From Lepidodermella squamata (Eukaryota; Animalia; Gastrotricha): a stretch of 64,000 nt of DNA. The notes beneath the pieces are model-generated. The model ran no database searches, was not told where the DNA came from, and saw only the letters and a program-made list of their open reading frames with translations. The position numbers and the translations under genes are program-made. This document shows positions 8,701-17,186 of this stretch, one piece after another. Each line of letters opens with the position of its first letter. Within the stretch, counting starts at the first letter, position 1. The stretch is taken from positions 1 to 64,000 of the forward strand of contig JBLDXI010000108.1 in NCBI GenBank assembly GCA_047495785.1, written 5' to 3'.

Positions 8701-10895
8701 GTTACTACCAGAGCCGCCGCATAAGGCTTCGGCAGTAACGGCAATCTACCAAAAGCGTCACCGTTCATCAAAGCAGAAGGCCCTGATGAACGAGCAAAAT
8801 CAAAAGCAACTATCACACTATCGGGCCGCGTTCCGCTAGGAGCGGTTACTACAACTGCCGCCGCAGAAGGCTTCGGCAGTAACGACGGTCCCGAACACAC
8901 CGAGCCACAAATGTCTAAGTCAACAGTATCAGTTCCGCTAGGAGCGGTTACTACCAGAGCCGCCGCAGAAGGCTTCGGCTTTAACGGCAATCTAACAAAA
9001 GCGTCACCGTTCATCAACGCAGAAGGCCCTGATGAACGAGCAAAGTCAAAAGCAAATTCGGATCCACAAAGCCCGAAATAAATCCCGACTATCCCGCTAA
9101 CTAATAAAAAAGTTAAGGAAAACTCGGTTTTAAGTGGGCGTTGTCCATTCTTGCGCAGCAATGCAGCCGGCAGTCGGGGTGGCGTTCTCGATACGCTGGC
9201 ACCGCCGAAAGCCGTGACATCAGCCTCAGGTTCGATCGTTAATGCAGCCGGCAGTCGGGGTGGCGTTCTCGATACGCTAACACCGCCGAAAGCCGTGACG
9301 TCAGCCTCAGCCCGGGCGTTGTCGACCGCAGGTGCAGCCGCCGATCGGAGTGGCGTTCGCGTAACGCTGTCACCGCCGAACGACGTGACGTCCGCATCGA
9401 CCGCCTCGTCCGCCTTGGCCAATCGCTCGCTCGCATTCTTGTCGAAAACAGAGGCAAAATTTTTTAATTTTTTAAAAATTGTAATCTCAGCGATAAAATC
9501 AAAACCATCAGCCAGGCAGCAGGCCAGGCCACAAACCAAACAGCACCGATCGACCGCCTCGTTCGCCTTGGCCAACCGCTCGCTCGAATCCGTCTCAAAA
9601 ACAAAGGCAAATTTTTTCCACTTTTTAAAAATTTTACTTTTCGCGATAAAAGCAAAACCATCAGCCAAACAGCACGCCAAACAACAAGCCAAACAGCACC
9701 GATCGTCCGCCTCGGCAACGCCTGCTAGCCGCTTGCTCGTATCCGTATCAAAAACAGAAGCACATTTTTGCAATTTTTTAACAATTTTTTTAAAAACGAC
9801 AAAGTAAATACCATAAGCTAAACAGCCAGCCGCCTGCGTAAACAAAAGTTGAAGAATTAGGAATTCTCCATAACCAGTACAAACAGTGCGCCATGCTAGC
9901 AATACGAGCAACACCGCTTTTTCGAACAAAACAACACCAGCTGTTACGACAGCGGTCGCGTGAGGCGCCGAACCGCTGAGAAAAACAACAGTGTTATCAC
10001 GCATCCACGTGCCGCCGTCAGCACCGGAGTACGAAAACAACATCTGTTGCCTGTCCGAAAGGACGGTCAGAAAAAATTGACCGGAAAAAACGGACAGCGG
10101 ACAAAAATTATCAAAAAAGTCAAGAAAAAATGCTAAGTCGCAGGGGCGGCCGCGGACGTCTAAGGGCATCACAAAATCGGATGCGCTCGAAAACTCTACA
10201 GCTACGCCGACTCGATCGGTCGGGAATCCGCTAGGAGCGGCTACGGGTGTCGACCGTGAGTAATTCGACATAAAATCAAAAAGAAATTCCGTAAAAATCA
10301 CGTCTGCTGAAGCAGAAGGCCTTAGCAAACGGCAAAAATTAGTGCTAAAAACCGGCCGTGATCCGCTAGGAGCGGCTACTACTACCGTCGCATAAGGCTT
10401 CGGTAATAAATACGTGCCGTGAAAAGCAAAAACATCTTCGATCGCCAGAGCAGAAGGCCCTGAAGAACGAGCAAAAACAGAGTCGAAAACCGGCTCAGAG
10501 CCATAAAGAGCAAAATAAAAACCGGCTAGCCCGGTCAATACAAAGAAAATTAAGGGAAACTCTTTTTTTCCAGGGCGTTGCTCGTTCTTGCTCAGCAATG
10601 CAGCCGGCGATCGGAGTGGCGTTTTCGAAACGCTGGCACTGCCGAACGCCGTGACATCAGCCTCAGCTCGGGCATCGTCGATCTCGCCTGCAACCGTCGC
10701 TCGGGGTGGCGTATTAGCAACGCAATCACCGCCGAACAACAGGAAATCAGCATCGACAGCCTCGTCAGCCTCGGCCAGCCACTCGCTCGCATCGGTAGCA
10801 GGAACTAAAACAACTTTTTTTAAATTTTCAGAAATTTCTATTTTCAATAAAGATAACTCGTCGCGCCCAGCGCCGACAGCGGAAAACATTAACAT
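5781..10895 (-). CDS. Family A ORF1: Gag-like nucleic-acid-binding protein with ~1020-aa repetitive/hydrophobic N-terminal extension (1704 aa from ATG 10895)
   Basis: Three CCHC knuckles (CQRCQGSGHSWTSC, CPDCSGEHFRGDEAC, CRNCTQKHTTNYAGC), basic C-terminus; start taken at MLMFS ATG shared with copy 2; overlaps ORF2 by 16 nt. Confidence 0.88.
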   Translation of the reverse strand: MLMFSAVGAGRDELSLLKIEISENLKKVVLVPATDASEWLAEADEAVDADFLLFGGDCVANTPPRATVAGEIDDARAEADVTAFGSASVSKTPLRSPAALLSKNEQRPGKKEFPLIFFVLTGLAGFYFALYGSEPVFDSVFARSSGPSALAIEDVFAFHGTYLLPKPYATVVVAAPSGSRPVFSTNFCRLLRPSASADVIFTEFLFDFMSNYSRSTPVAAPSGFPTDRVGVAVEFSSASDFVMPLDVRGRPCDLAFFLDFFDNFCPLSVFSGQFFLTVLSDRQQMLFSYSGADGGTWMRDNTVVFLSGSAPHATAVVTAGVVLFEKAVLLVLLAWRTVCTGYGEFLILQLLFTQAAGCLAYGIYFVVFKKIVKKLQKCASVFDTDTSKRLAGVAEADDRCCLACCLACCLADGFAFIAKSKIFKKWKKFAFVFETDSSERLAKANEAVDRCCLVCGLACCLADGFDFIAEITIFKKLKNFASVFDKNASERLAKADEAVDADVTSFGGDSVTRTPLRSAAAPAVDNARAEADVTAFGGVSVSRTPPRLPAALTIEPEADVTAFGGASVSRTPPRLPAALLRKNGQRPLKTEFSLTFLLVSGIVGIYFGLCGSEFAFDFARSSGPSALMNGDAFVRLPLKPKPSAAALVVTAPSGTDTVDLDICGSVCSGPSLLPKPSAAAVVVTAPSGTRPDSVIVAFDFARSSGPSALMNGDAFGRLPLLPKPYAAALVVTAPSGIDTVDLDICGSVCSGPSLLPKPSAAAVVVTAPSGTRPDSVIVAFDFARSSGPSALMNGDAFGRLPLLPKPYAAALVVTAPSGTRSDSADLDIVGSVCSGPALLPKPYAAAVVVTAPSGTRSDSADLDIVGSVFSGSSLLPEPYAAAVVATAPSGRCISRDLAFFHEFLSSLSSCFAPQYSAGILDSAARAILWKMVCKVVFLSGAALLAIAVVRSRFLTVVCDVVCDMVMSLGHFSFLFVVHPGERELVKNRVKNDKNDSKIDLRDKVRRSESVERSNLFEVLRLRGGAGRDENEERQRAEEERIRAAWEGEGAGETVERPLDQGEVMEMTQDLTAGEDTPMDQSSAKGATSERKRRAGDDGMFVNLSNAPDFTGMESSVSASDMTAAKFLKTDGAKPAAERQTVTRKPVARGKEQKIVEEDSRGSQDGQGEFITVTAKNRRQPPVQTANQGGAKPGNWRGKPTINWKLSAMVDRIDGQRFNSEYLMNQEVHRIAPSARVVKMLPKPKGGWQIVFADEASMKAFYESPSWKDPSRPAFGANANAHPPAALSGEKPKAQADFKLEERKVKAIDIPSSAPAEDVVKYYKENFGAVYVVKLKQGRPGYSTYLIEFKTKDEADAQLRNGYIGFFALTSRVQQVKDYSPQVKICQRCQGSGHSWTSCSQTITCPDCSGEHFRGDEACPVVIAKKACVEQGLTDEAAKAKVCEALRCRNCTQKHTTNYAGCPYVQYVRDGLARDKRRQLAEAEAIRAKAKAEAEKRAEKRVEKPVASSTTEGPKAQGSGAGKPAQGSSQQVAKPQLSRSQRKNVRRRKRNAAKKAAEAGKKAPVVEQVEAEAESESEFEAESSMDVSRISNSGSTSSRLGASQDERRQDGPLRASQGKGRSGSKLNSNSKELLNDLWGRAAVAAASVIFSDKSEKDFINQVSIILAGMAVMKYQGQRDMTEFSFDLAFVKAQLYFEEFRKCQKQ
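8225..9055 (-). repeat. In-frame tandem repeats within family A ORF1 (240-bp/80-aa units plus ~108-bp subunit)
   Basis: Repeated FDFARSSGPSALMNGDAF.RLPLLPKP.AAALVVTAPSG; period 240 bp (8521/8761/9001). Confidence 0.9.
9150..9790 (-). repeat. Second repeat family in ORF1 (EADVTAFGG.SVSRTP repeats; ~150-bp Cys-rich DRCCL..CLACCLADGF repeats)
   Basis: Visible in ORF translation; related motif also near N-terminus (10600-10800). Confidence 0.8.
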
Positions 10896-11013
10896 TTTAA
10901 AAATTCGCTTAGACAGCGAAATCTCAAAAAGGAAAATTATTTTATTTAAACAATAATGAACAGCGTATATGGTCAACGCAGAACCGGCAAACTAGCAAAC
11001 AACAGTCGAAGTG

Positions 11014-11032
11014 GTGTTGATACTAACCTCAG
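11014..11032. repeat. 19-bp target-site duplication of element B (other copy 17144-17162)
   Basis: GTGTTGATACTAACCTCAG on both sides; alternative reading is a 12-bp TSD (11021-11032 / 17107-17118). Confidence 0.7.
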
Positions 11033-11651
11033 GGAATGTGTGTTTTATTGGCTAAGTTTGGTATAAACAGAATTTCACAGCCCGCGGGCTAAATAGAAAT
11101 TACCGTGCTGAAAGTGCACCTCAACTACTATCAAACATACTATTTACAGGTTCTCGGAGCCCACGCACTAAGCGGGTCCGGTCACGCGCACACAACATCA
11201 TATGAAATATTTATATCACTGATAGTCTATACAGTTATGTACAAGTTCGTATTTTCACTGCTGCGCACGGGCCGCCGATTACTCGCGCCGCTACCCGCCG
11301 CCCATCAGCTACCTGGTACTCTGCCGCGCCCCGGGCCGCCGATTTCTCGTGCCGCCGCCCGTCGCCCAGCCGCAACCAGCACCAACTACCTAGCCATTCC
11401 AGGCTGTCAAACCAACCATCCCAGCTCTTGAAGCTGGCCAAACCACCACCGCCTTTGCCCGCCAGCCCCCAAGTGGCGACACGCGGAGTCAGCCGTACCC
11501 AGGCCGTGCCAACGCTAGGTCGGCCCAACCCAGGCAGGCGTCTCGACGCGCGCCAACCACTCGTTGACCAAAGGGCACCACCAACCCCGGAGCCGGAGCC
11601 CACCAGCTAGGAGCCGGTCGCTACGCGCTCAAACCGCTTGGCCGCCGACGT

Positions 11652-14648
11652 CTAAGGCAGCACTGCCGCCGCCGCCGCCGCCGCCTCCAACTCCCAGATC
11701 GCCGGAAGCGCCAAGGCAGGCCGTTGCCCCAACGGCAGAGGCCCAGCACCCAACAAGTGGTCCAAGAAGAATCTAAGCGGTGAACTACTACCCGGAGCCG
11801 CCACTTCACGGCAGCGCCGAACCAGGTCGCCCAACTCGCTGCCAACTTCCATCGCCCGATTGTAGCAACGGAAGGCCAAAGCGCCAAGCCGGTCGGCCAA
11901 CGGTTCGAAGTCGGGGAACTCTGCATCCAGCCGTGCCCTGAGTACATCGTCCGGACTTCCGCGCCGTAAACCTAAAATCACCCTAAGCGCCCAGTTCTCC
12001 AGGTTTACCAGACGCTGAAGGAACTGGGGTTTCATATTGACAAAGGCTGGCGAACCGAATTCAAGCAACGGCCGTACGACGGCCTTGTAGAATAACATCC
12101 CAAGCCGCGGATGCGACTTGACCTTGCCGCGGTAGAGAGCGCAGATACGCGGTAGCGCGCGTTTGCGAGCGTGCTTCAAGTGCTCACCCCAAGATAGGTG
12201 CTGATGCAACCATACCCCGAGGTACTTAAACGACTTTGCGCGCGGTAAAGGCTCGCCGCCGATCTGTAGCTGCCCCGCATGCGTTGTGCTATTAGAGCCG
12301 AAAACCACCCACTCACACTTTTTAGGATTCAAGTCGAGCCGCCACTTTTGCGACCAGCGCTCAGTTATCCGCAGCGAGGCTTGCACGCGCGCAGTTACTA
12401 GCGGGGCTGGCCGTCCGGTTGCCCAGACAGCCTGATCGTCCGCGTACGCCGCAGCGGCCGTTCGCACAAGAGCGTCGTCTTGCCTAACCTCCGATGGCAG
12501 AGATGAGGCGGTAAAGATGATAAAGAGAATCGGAGAAAGAGGGCTACCCTGTGGAACGCCACACCCACATTCAAACGACTCACTAAAGGCATCGCCGACC
12601 TTAACCCGAGAACTGCGCCCGCGCAGGAAATCAGACACCCAGCGAACAACGGCTGCGGGCAGGCCGAGGCCCTTAAGCACTATACGCAAGCCGTTGTGCC
12701 AGACGCTGTCGTACGCGGCACGGTAGTCGAGAAAGGCGGCGACGGTAACTAACTTGTCTGGCCTACCTAGTTCGTCCTTATGAACGAAGCCCTCGCTAAT
12801 ATCGTGTAAGATGCGGAGAATCGCGTCAAGTACGCTGCGCCACTTCTGGAAACCGACTTGACCAGGCGGGAGTTTACCGGTTCTGATACAGAAGTCCAGT
12901 ATAAACCCGGCCACGACGGCCTCCAAAAGCTTTGCTACGCAACTCGTCAGCGAGACTGGGCGGTAGCCTTCAGTTGACCTGGGCGATTTCCCTGCTTTTG
13001 GCACGGGTGTTATAACCGCAACTTTCCAGGCCGAAGGCATGTACCCGGAGTTAAGCGAAAAGTTATAGAGAAGAAGAAGAGCCTCTAAAAGAGCCGGAGG
13101 GGCGTTCTTAACTAAGGGGTTCAGAACCCCGTCCTCACCCGGCGCCTTCAGTCGCAACTTAGACAGCTGCGCGTTAAATGCGAGACGAGATACGCTAACA
13201 GACAACGTGTGCGGTAAAAACTCGACCGGTTTTAGCTCCGGATCGGTATCGCAGGCTCTGTCGATCGAGTCCCAAAAAATAACATCGCTCGCATGCGGCG
13301 AGTTACGCGGTGCGCACTGAAAGGTAGGAGCCCAGCTATCAGCGAGTGCCTGAGCCTTCTCTCTATCCGTAGTTGCCTTCGCACCGTCAGCAAGGTCTAA
13401 GACCGGCACCGCGCGCCGCGAGTTCTTGACTTCCCCCAAAATTTTTTGCGCTTCCAGCCAAGCTAAGGCAGCTTGCTGTTCCCTGAACAACTGCGCAATA
13501 CGCTCCAGTCGCCGCACGCTACTGCGCTCTTGAATGGCCGCGACCTCCCGCGCCACTTGACGGGTCGCAGCATTTAAAGCCGCTTTTGACGCCGCGGTGT
13601 CTTCGTTCCGATGCCGCCGCTCGGCACGCGTACGAGCTTCGACAGCCCTTTTAGCGGCCTTGCTCAGCTTTACCTTGGGCACCCGTTTTGCTGGCACGCG
13701 CGCGATCGTCTGCCGGGCACTGTTTGACATTACATCCACCAGCGCCCGGGCGAACGCATCCAAGCATCGAACCTCATCGCCACCCTTAGGGTATACTACC
13801 GTACGCAGGCGCTCATTACAAACGCGCTGGTACTCCGCCCAATTCGCATTCACAAAATCGAAACGAAGATCCCGATCGGCTGCCGGCACCGAGGCAGCGG
13901 CCAACGGCGAGCAGTTGTTCCGATCCGGGAGCGCTATCGAGAGGTCCGCGTAGGTGATAGCATGATCACTACCGTATTGATCACCTACTGTAGGCGCGCG
14001 ACTGAAGCATATTGAGCCCCCCTGCGATGAAAGCCAAGCGTCAAGAACTCGCGGAACGTGGCCAGTCCGCCACCGCGTAGGCACATCAGGCGAACTGTGC
14101 AAAACGGCAGAAGAGCTCTCGAGAAACTCGCTGAAAACCAAGCCGCTAACATTCGATTGCGCACAGCCCAACTCAGCCGCCCAAGCATTCAGATCACCCG
14201 CAAACACCGCCGGAGCATCCGGCTCACTACACAGCACACTTCGGATAAAAGCAGTATCAAGTTCGCTAGAGAATGGGTTGTAGCCGGTTGCCACGGTGAG
14301 CCGCGTCGAGGCAGCTGAAACCCCAATGGCTAACTCAACCGCAACCCATTCACCACGCAACGCCGGAGCGTGTACTACAGCCGAGCACTCTACGATAGGC
14401 CTACCTTGCTTAACTAAGATAGCAACGCCACCACAGCTAGTGCCTCTGGCATTCTTACGGTCTACGCGAAAGATAGAGTATCCAGGTACGCTAAAGGTTT
14501 GGCCTTCTTGCAACCAAGTCTCATTCAGAAGAATCACATCAGGCGCAAACGTCAGAATGATATACCTAAGCTCAGTGTGCTTACGCTTGATACCTTGGCA
14601 GTTCCACTGTAAAATACGCAAAGAGAGAGGTTTACTCAGACAAGGCAT
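11652..14648 (-). CDS. Family B ORF2: apurinic-like endonuclease + reverse transcriptase (998 aa)
   Basis: APE motifs QWNCQG, LNETWL, GDLNA, VLDAW, GSDH; RT motifs KAPGEDG, YRPVSLTS, QVGF, LDYRAAYDSV, GVPQGSPLSP, YADD, KYLGV. Confidence 0.96.
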   Translation of the reverse strand: MPCLSKPLSLRILQWNCQGIKRKHTELRYIILTFAPDVILLNETWLQEGQTFSVPGYSIFRVDRKNARGTSCGGVAILVKQGRPIVECSAVVHAPALRGEWVAVELAIGVSAASTRLTVATGYNPFSSELDTAFIRSVLCSEPDAPAVFAGDLNAWAAELGCAQSNVSGLVFSEFLESSSAVLHSSPDVPTRWRTGHVPRVLDAWLSSQGGSICFSRAPTVGDQYGSDHAITYADLSIALPDRNNCSPLAAASVPAADRDLRFDFVNANWAEYQRVCNERLRTVVYPKGGDEVRCLDAFARALVDVMSNSARQTIARVPAKRVPKVKLSKAAKRAVEARTRAERRHRNEDTAASKAALNAATRQVAREVAAIQERSSVRRLERIAQLFREQQAALAWLEAQKILGEVKNSRRAVPVLDLADGAKATTDREKAQALADSWAPTFQCAPRNSPHASDVIFWDSIDRACDTDPELKPVEFLPHTLSVSVSRLAFNAQLSKLRLKAPGEDGVLNPLVKNAPPALLEALLLLYNFSLNSGYMPSAWKVAVITPVPKAGKSPRSTEGYRPVSLTSCVAKLLEAVVAGFILDFCIRTGKLPPGQVGFQKWRSVLDAILRILHDISEGFVHKDELGRPDKLVTVAAFLDYRAAYDSVWHNGLRIVLKGLGLPAAVVRWVSDFLRGRSSRVKVGDAFSESFECGCGVPQGSPLSPILFIIFTASSLPSEVRQDDALVRTAAAAYADDQAVWATGRPAPLVTARVQASLRITERWSQKWRLDLNPKKCEWVVFGSNSTTHAGQLQIGGEPLPRAKSFKYLGVWLHQHLSWGEHLKHARKRALPRICALYRGKVKSHPRLGMLFYKAVVRPLLEFGSPAFVNMKPQFLQRLVNLENWALRVILGLRRGSPDDVLRARLDAEFPDFEPLADRLGALAFRCYNRAMEVGSELGDLVRRCREVAAPGSSSPLRFFLDHLLGAGPLPLGQRPALALPAIWELEAAAAAAAVLP

Positions 14649-16662
14649 ATTGAGAGGAAAGGGAAGGGGCGCAAGAGGTAGGGGCGATAGAAAGGATTTG
14701 AGCCACCGGAGGAGACACGACGCGCGAACCCTGGGCCTGCTGCCCCGATTCCCATTGCATGGGTGGCGACGCTACCCGCTCGTAACTGTAGTGCCCTGGC
14801 GGTCGCTGACTACCGATTGGCTGCGGAAACGCTTGCGCACTCGACCCTCTAACGCGGTTGAACGCATCCATTATGCGGGCGAACAGGCGATCCTCTAGTT
14901 CCTGTATCGCCGTACTAGATGGCACGACTGGCGCAGGCGGAGGCGCTTGCAGCAAAGGCGCTTGCGGCTGTTGGCTAAGCAGCCCACGTTCTAGCAGCGC
15001 AGTAAGGCGTTCAATGGCGGCATTTAGGCGCTTGATTTCGGCATCTTGCGCCGCGACACTCAGACGTAGCGTCTCTAACTCAACACGCTCTTTGTCAGAC
15101 AGATCACTAGCGTTCGCTTGCTGTACTACTACTGCCGGCTGTTGGCTTTGCGGCTGGCTAACTTGCTGACTAGCTTGCGGAGGAGGCGGCGGCGGCGCTT
15201 GCTGCTGCTGCCCTGACGCTGCTTGCGCAAAAGAGAGCCCATCGCGGCGCGCTGCGTCGCCATTACTACGGTTTCTGATCGCCCTAGCTTCCGCTTCGCT
15301 GGCCTTGCGACGACGCTCGGCCTCGGCTTTTACTATCGGGCAACCCATATACAGCGCGGAATGCATACCGGTACACCTCACACAGCGCTTTGCCTTTTGG
15401 CAGCTCTTGCCTTCGTGACCCACATCACCACACCTCGCGCACTTCAGATCACTACGACAGTTCATCATTTCGTGCCCGATCGATAGGCATCGCTTACACA
15501 CTTCGACTACAGGCGCAGATCGCCACACGCGAGCCGCAATACGCAGGCCAAGAAAGTCGCGGCCCTTAGCAACAAGGTCCTTGCAAATGTCAACAGACTT
15601 ACAGATCACTCCGAAGCATACCTCAGTGCCCGCGATGGGCCATACCTGCTCAACGACATCATTCCACCCATCGAGGATGTCCTCAGCAGTGACACCCTCA
15701 AAGAAATTCACACACACCGCTTTGCGGCGTTCCTCGTCGGCATGCTTTACTCTAGCGGCAATGCGCGCGGCTTGATCGCCTTTCGGAACCTGCGCTTCGA
15801 TGACTGCGCGAACTTCGGGTGACTCGTCTAATTCGACATTAGACGGTCGATGCATGCGGATTGAGCCGCCAAAAGCGTTCGCTGGCCAGTTGGCCTTGCT
15901 AAGTACTGCGTTCGCGCTTGCGGTATCGCGGCATAGGATGCCCAGAGCCCCTCGCGGGTAGACCCAAATGCGCTCAGGCCGCACGTAGGGAGCGACCCTG
16001 TTCAGTTCTTTCAAGCACAAGTATGGCGTACTAAACACGGCTGAGATGCCGTCGACAATAACGATGCGATGTTTGGAACGCGTGCGGCCACCTTCTACAG
16101 GCTGCCACTGCATTGCTTCGCCACCACCGCTGCCGTTGCCTTCGGCCTCACTATCACTGCTAACGCTACCGAAGATCTCACCATCATCAACATCGTCATT
16201 CCCAGCGTCACGCATAATCGCGTCGTTGCCCACATCATTACTCACATTGCCCACAACATCACCGCCAACTTGCTCATTGGACGACTGCGACAGTCGCTGA
16301 GCGGCAGCTACCTTTGCGTCTTTGCCTTGCGGCGTACTACTAGCTTTACGTTTGTGCGCGGCAGAATTGGCAGTGCTATCGGCAGAGCTAGTTGCCTTGG
16401 GCGCGGTGCCCTCAGCAGCCGATGGCACATTAGCGTTCACATCATCAGACATACTACTACTAGCTTCGGGCGTGATGCCCTTAGACGTCGGTGGCACGGC
16501 AGAATTCAGGGACTCAGACGCGTGGCTGTTGGCTTCGGGCGCGATGCCCTTAGACGTCGCGGGCTTTTGAGAACTAGCGGCAGAGTTCGCGACCTTAGGC
16601 CCGGAGCCCTCGGCCATACTACGGAACGCCCCGAGAGGCGGGACGGTTTTGTGCTTAGTCAT
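14632..16662 (-). CDS. Family B ORF1: Gag-like protein with three CCHC zinc knuckles (676 aa)
   Basis: CKRCLSIGHEMMNC, CARCGDVGHEGKSC, CVRCTGMHSALYMGC; coiled-coil and Q/P-rich C-terminus; ~22-aa N-terminal repeats (TSKGI.PEA); overlaps ORF2 by 17 nt. Confidence 0.92.
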   Translation of the reverse strand: MTKHKTVPPLGAFRSMAEGSGPKVANSAASSQKPATSKGIAPEANSHASESLNSAVPPTSKGITPEASSSMSDDVNANVPSAAEGTAPKATSSADSTANSAAHKRKASSTPQGKDAKVAAAQRLSQSSNEQVGGDVVGNVSNDVGNDAIMRDAGNDDVDDGEIFGSVSSDSEAEGNGSGGGEAMQWQPVEGGRTRSKHRIVIVDGISAVFSTPYLCLKELNRVAPYVRPERIWVYPRGALGILCRDTASANAVLSKANWPANAFGGSIRMHRPSNVELDESPEVRAVIEAQVPKGDQAARIAARVKHADEERRKAVCVNFFEGVTAEDILDGWNDVVEQVWPIAGTEVCFGVICKSVDICKDLVAKGRDFLGLRIAARVWRSAPVVEVCKRCLSIGHEMMNCRSDLKCARCGDVGHEGKSCQKAKRCVRCTGMHSALYMGCPIVKAEAERRRKASEAEARAIRNRSNGDAARRDGLSFAQAASGQQQQAPPPPPPQASQQVSQPQSQQPAVVVQQANASDLSDKERVELETLRLSVAAQDAEIKRLNAAIERLTALLERGLLSQQPQAPLLQAPPPAPVVPSSTAIQELEDRLFARIMDAFNRVRGSSAQAFPQPIGSQRPPGHYSYERVASPPMQWESGQQAQGSRVVSPPVAQILSIAPTSCAPSLSSQYALSE

Positions 16663-17143
16663 AGTAAATTACAAGCAAAAAGAAAAAGAGCACGTGGCAA
16701 ATAAATAATCTACAAACAAGAGAAAATGACAGGGCACCACGTGTTCGGTGGACCCCAAAAAAGCGCGAAAAAATCTCAGTCGAGCAAATTTAATTTCGAA
16801 CTGAGTTTGAATTATTTACAAGTTTTAAAACGTACTTTCAAGAGCGCGTAAGCGTAATACGGTCTGAAACGATAAGAAGCCACCAAACCAAGGCCGTACC
16901 AGCAGTAATCAAGGCCTCGCTACTCAGCTGTTAGCAAGCAGAGCAGTTCCGACTGAGCGAAAGACGGCTTGTTCGTTAACCACGAGCTTTCTTCAAAAAA
17001 GTAACCGAGGGTTCTTCCCTAAGAGTAGGGCGGCTGTCGTGCGGCGCGAAGACGGAGGTCGGATCCAGAGAAAACGAAAACGTGAAAATAAAACTTCCTG
17101 GGTTTGTACTAACCTCAGAAAATTTAATATTCAATCGCAGTTA

Positions 17144-17186
17144 GTGTTGATACTAACCTCAGAAAATTTAATATTCAATCGCAGAT
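17144..17186 (-). pseudogene. 5' portion (exon + donor) of SL-B gene disrupted by elements B and A1; 3' remainder at ~2634-2695
   Basis: Matches uninserted SL-B copy at 25554-25645. Confidence 0.55.

Larger units (their letters stand above)
2696..11002 (-). mobile_element. Full-length non-LTR retrotransposon, family A copy 1 (APE-RT, Jockey/I-group-like), inserted in SL-B
   Basis: Two intact overlapping ORFs, AATAAA ~14 nt before an A7 tail (T-run 2696-2702), 24-bp TSD, absent from uninserted spacers. Confidence 0.95.
11033..17143 (-). mobile_element. Full-length non-LTR retrotransposon, family B (APE-RT), inserted in SL-B immediately 5' of element A1
   Basis: Two intact ORFs; AATAAA near 3' end (tttatt ~11044-11049) but no poly(A); 5' end includes a copy of target sequence 17107-17140. 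Confidence 0.93.

Noticed and set aside
8225-9055. CRISPR-like repeat array
   Set aside because: Sequences between the palindromic motifs are themselves repeated and in-frame coding; eukaryotic context, no cas genes
9151-9807. + strand 218-aa ORF (and 250-aa ORF at 39579-40331)
   Set aside because: Antisense shadows of ORF1 repeats; the 250-aa frame is not open in copy 1
10896-10976. 27-codon N-terminal extension of A1 ORF1 in the ORF track
   Set aside because: Non-ATG start, and frameshifted in copy A2; shared ATG is at 10895/42151
11235-11603. Possible ORF3 in family B 3' UTR
   Set aside because: GC-rich low-complexity translation, no motifs, single copy so conservation cannot be tested
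16700-17106. HDV-like self-cleaving ribozyme at element 5' ends
   Set aside because: Could not identify the nested double pseudoknot by eye; needs a descriptor search
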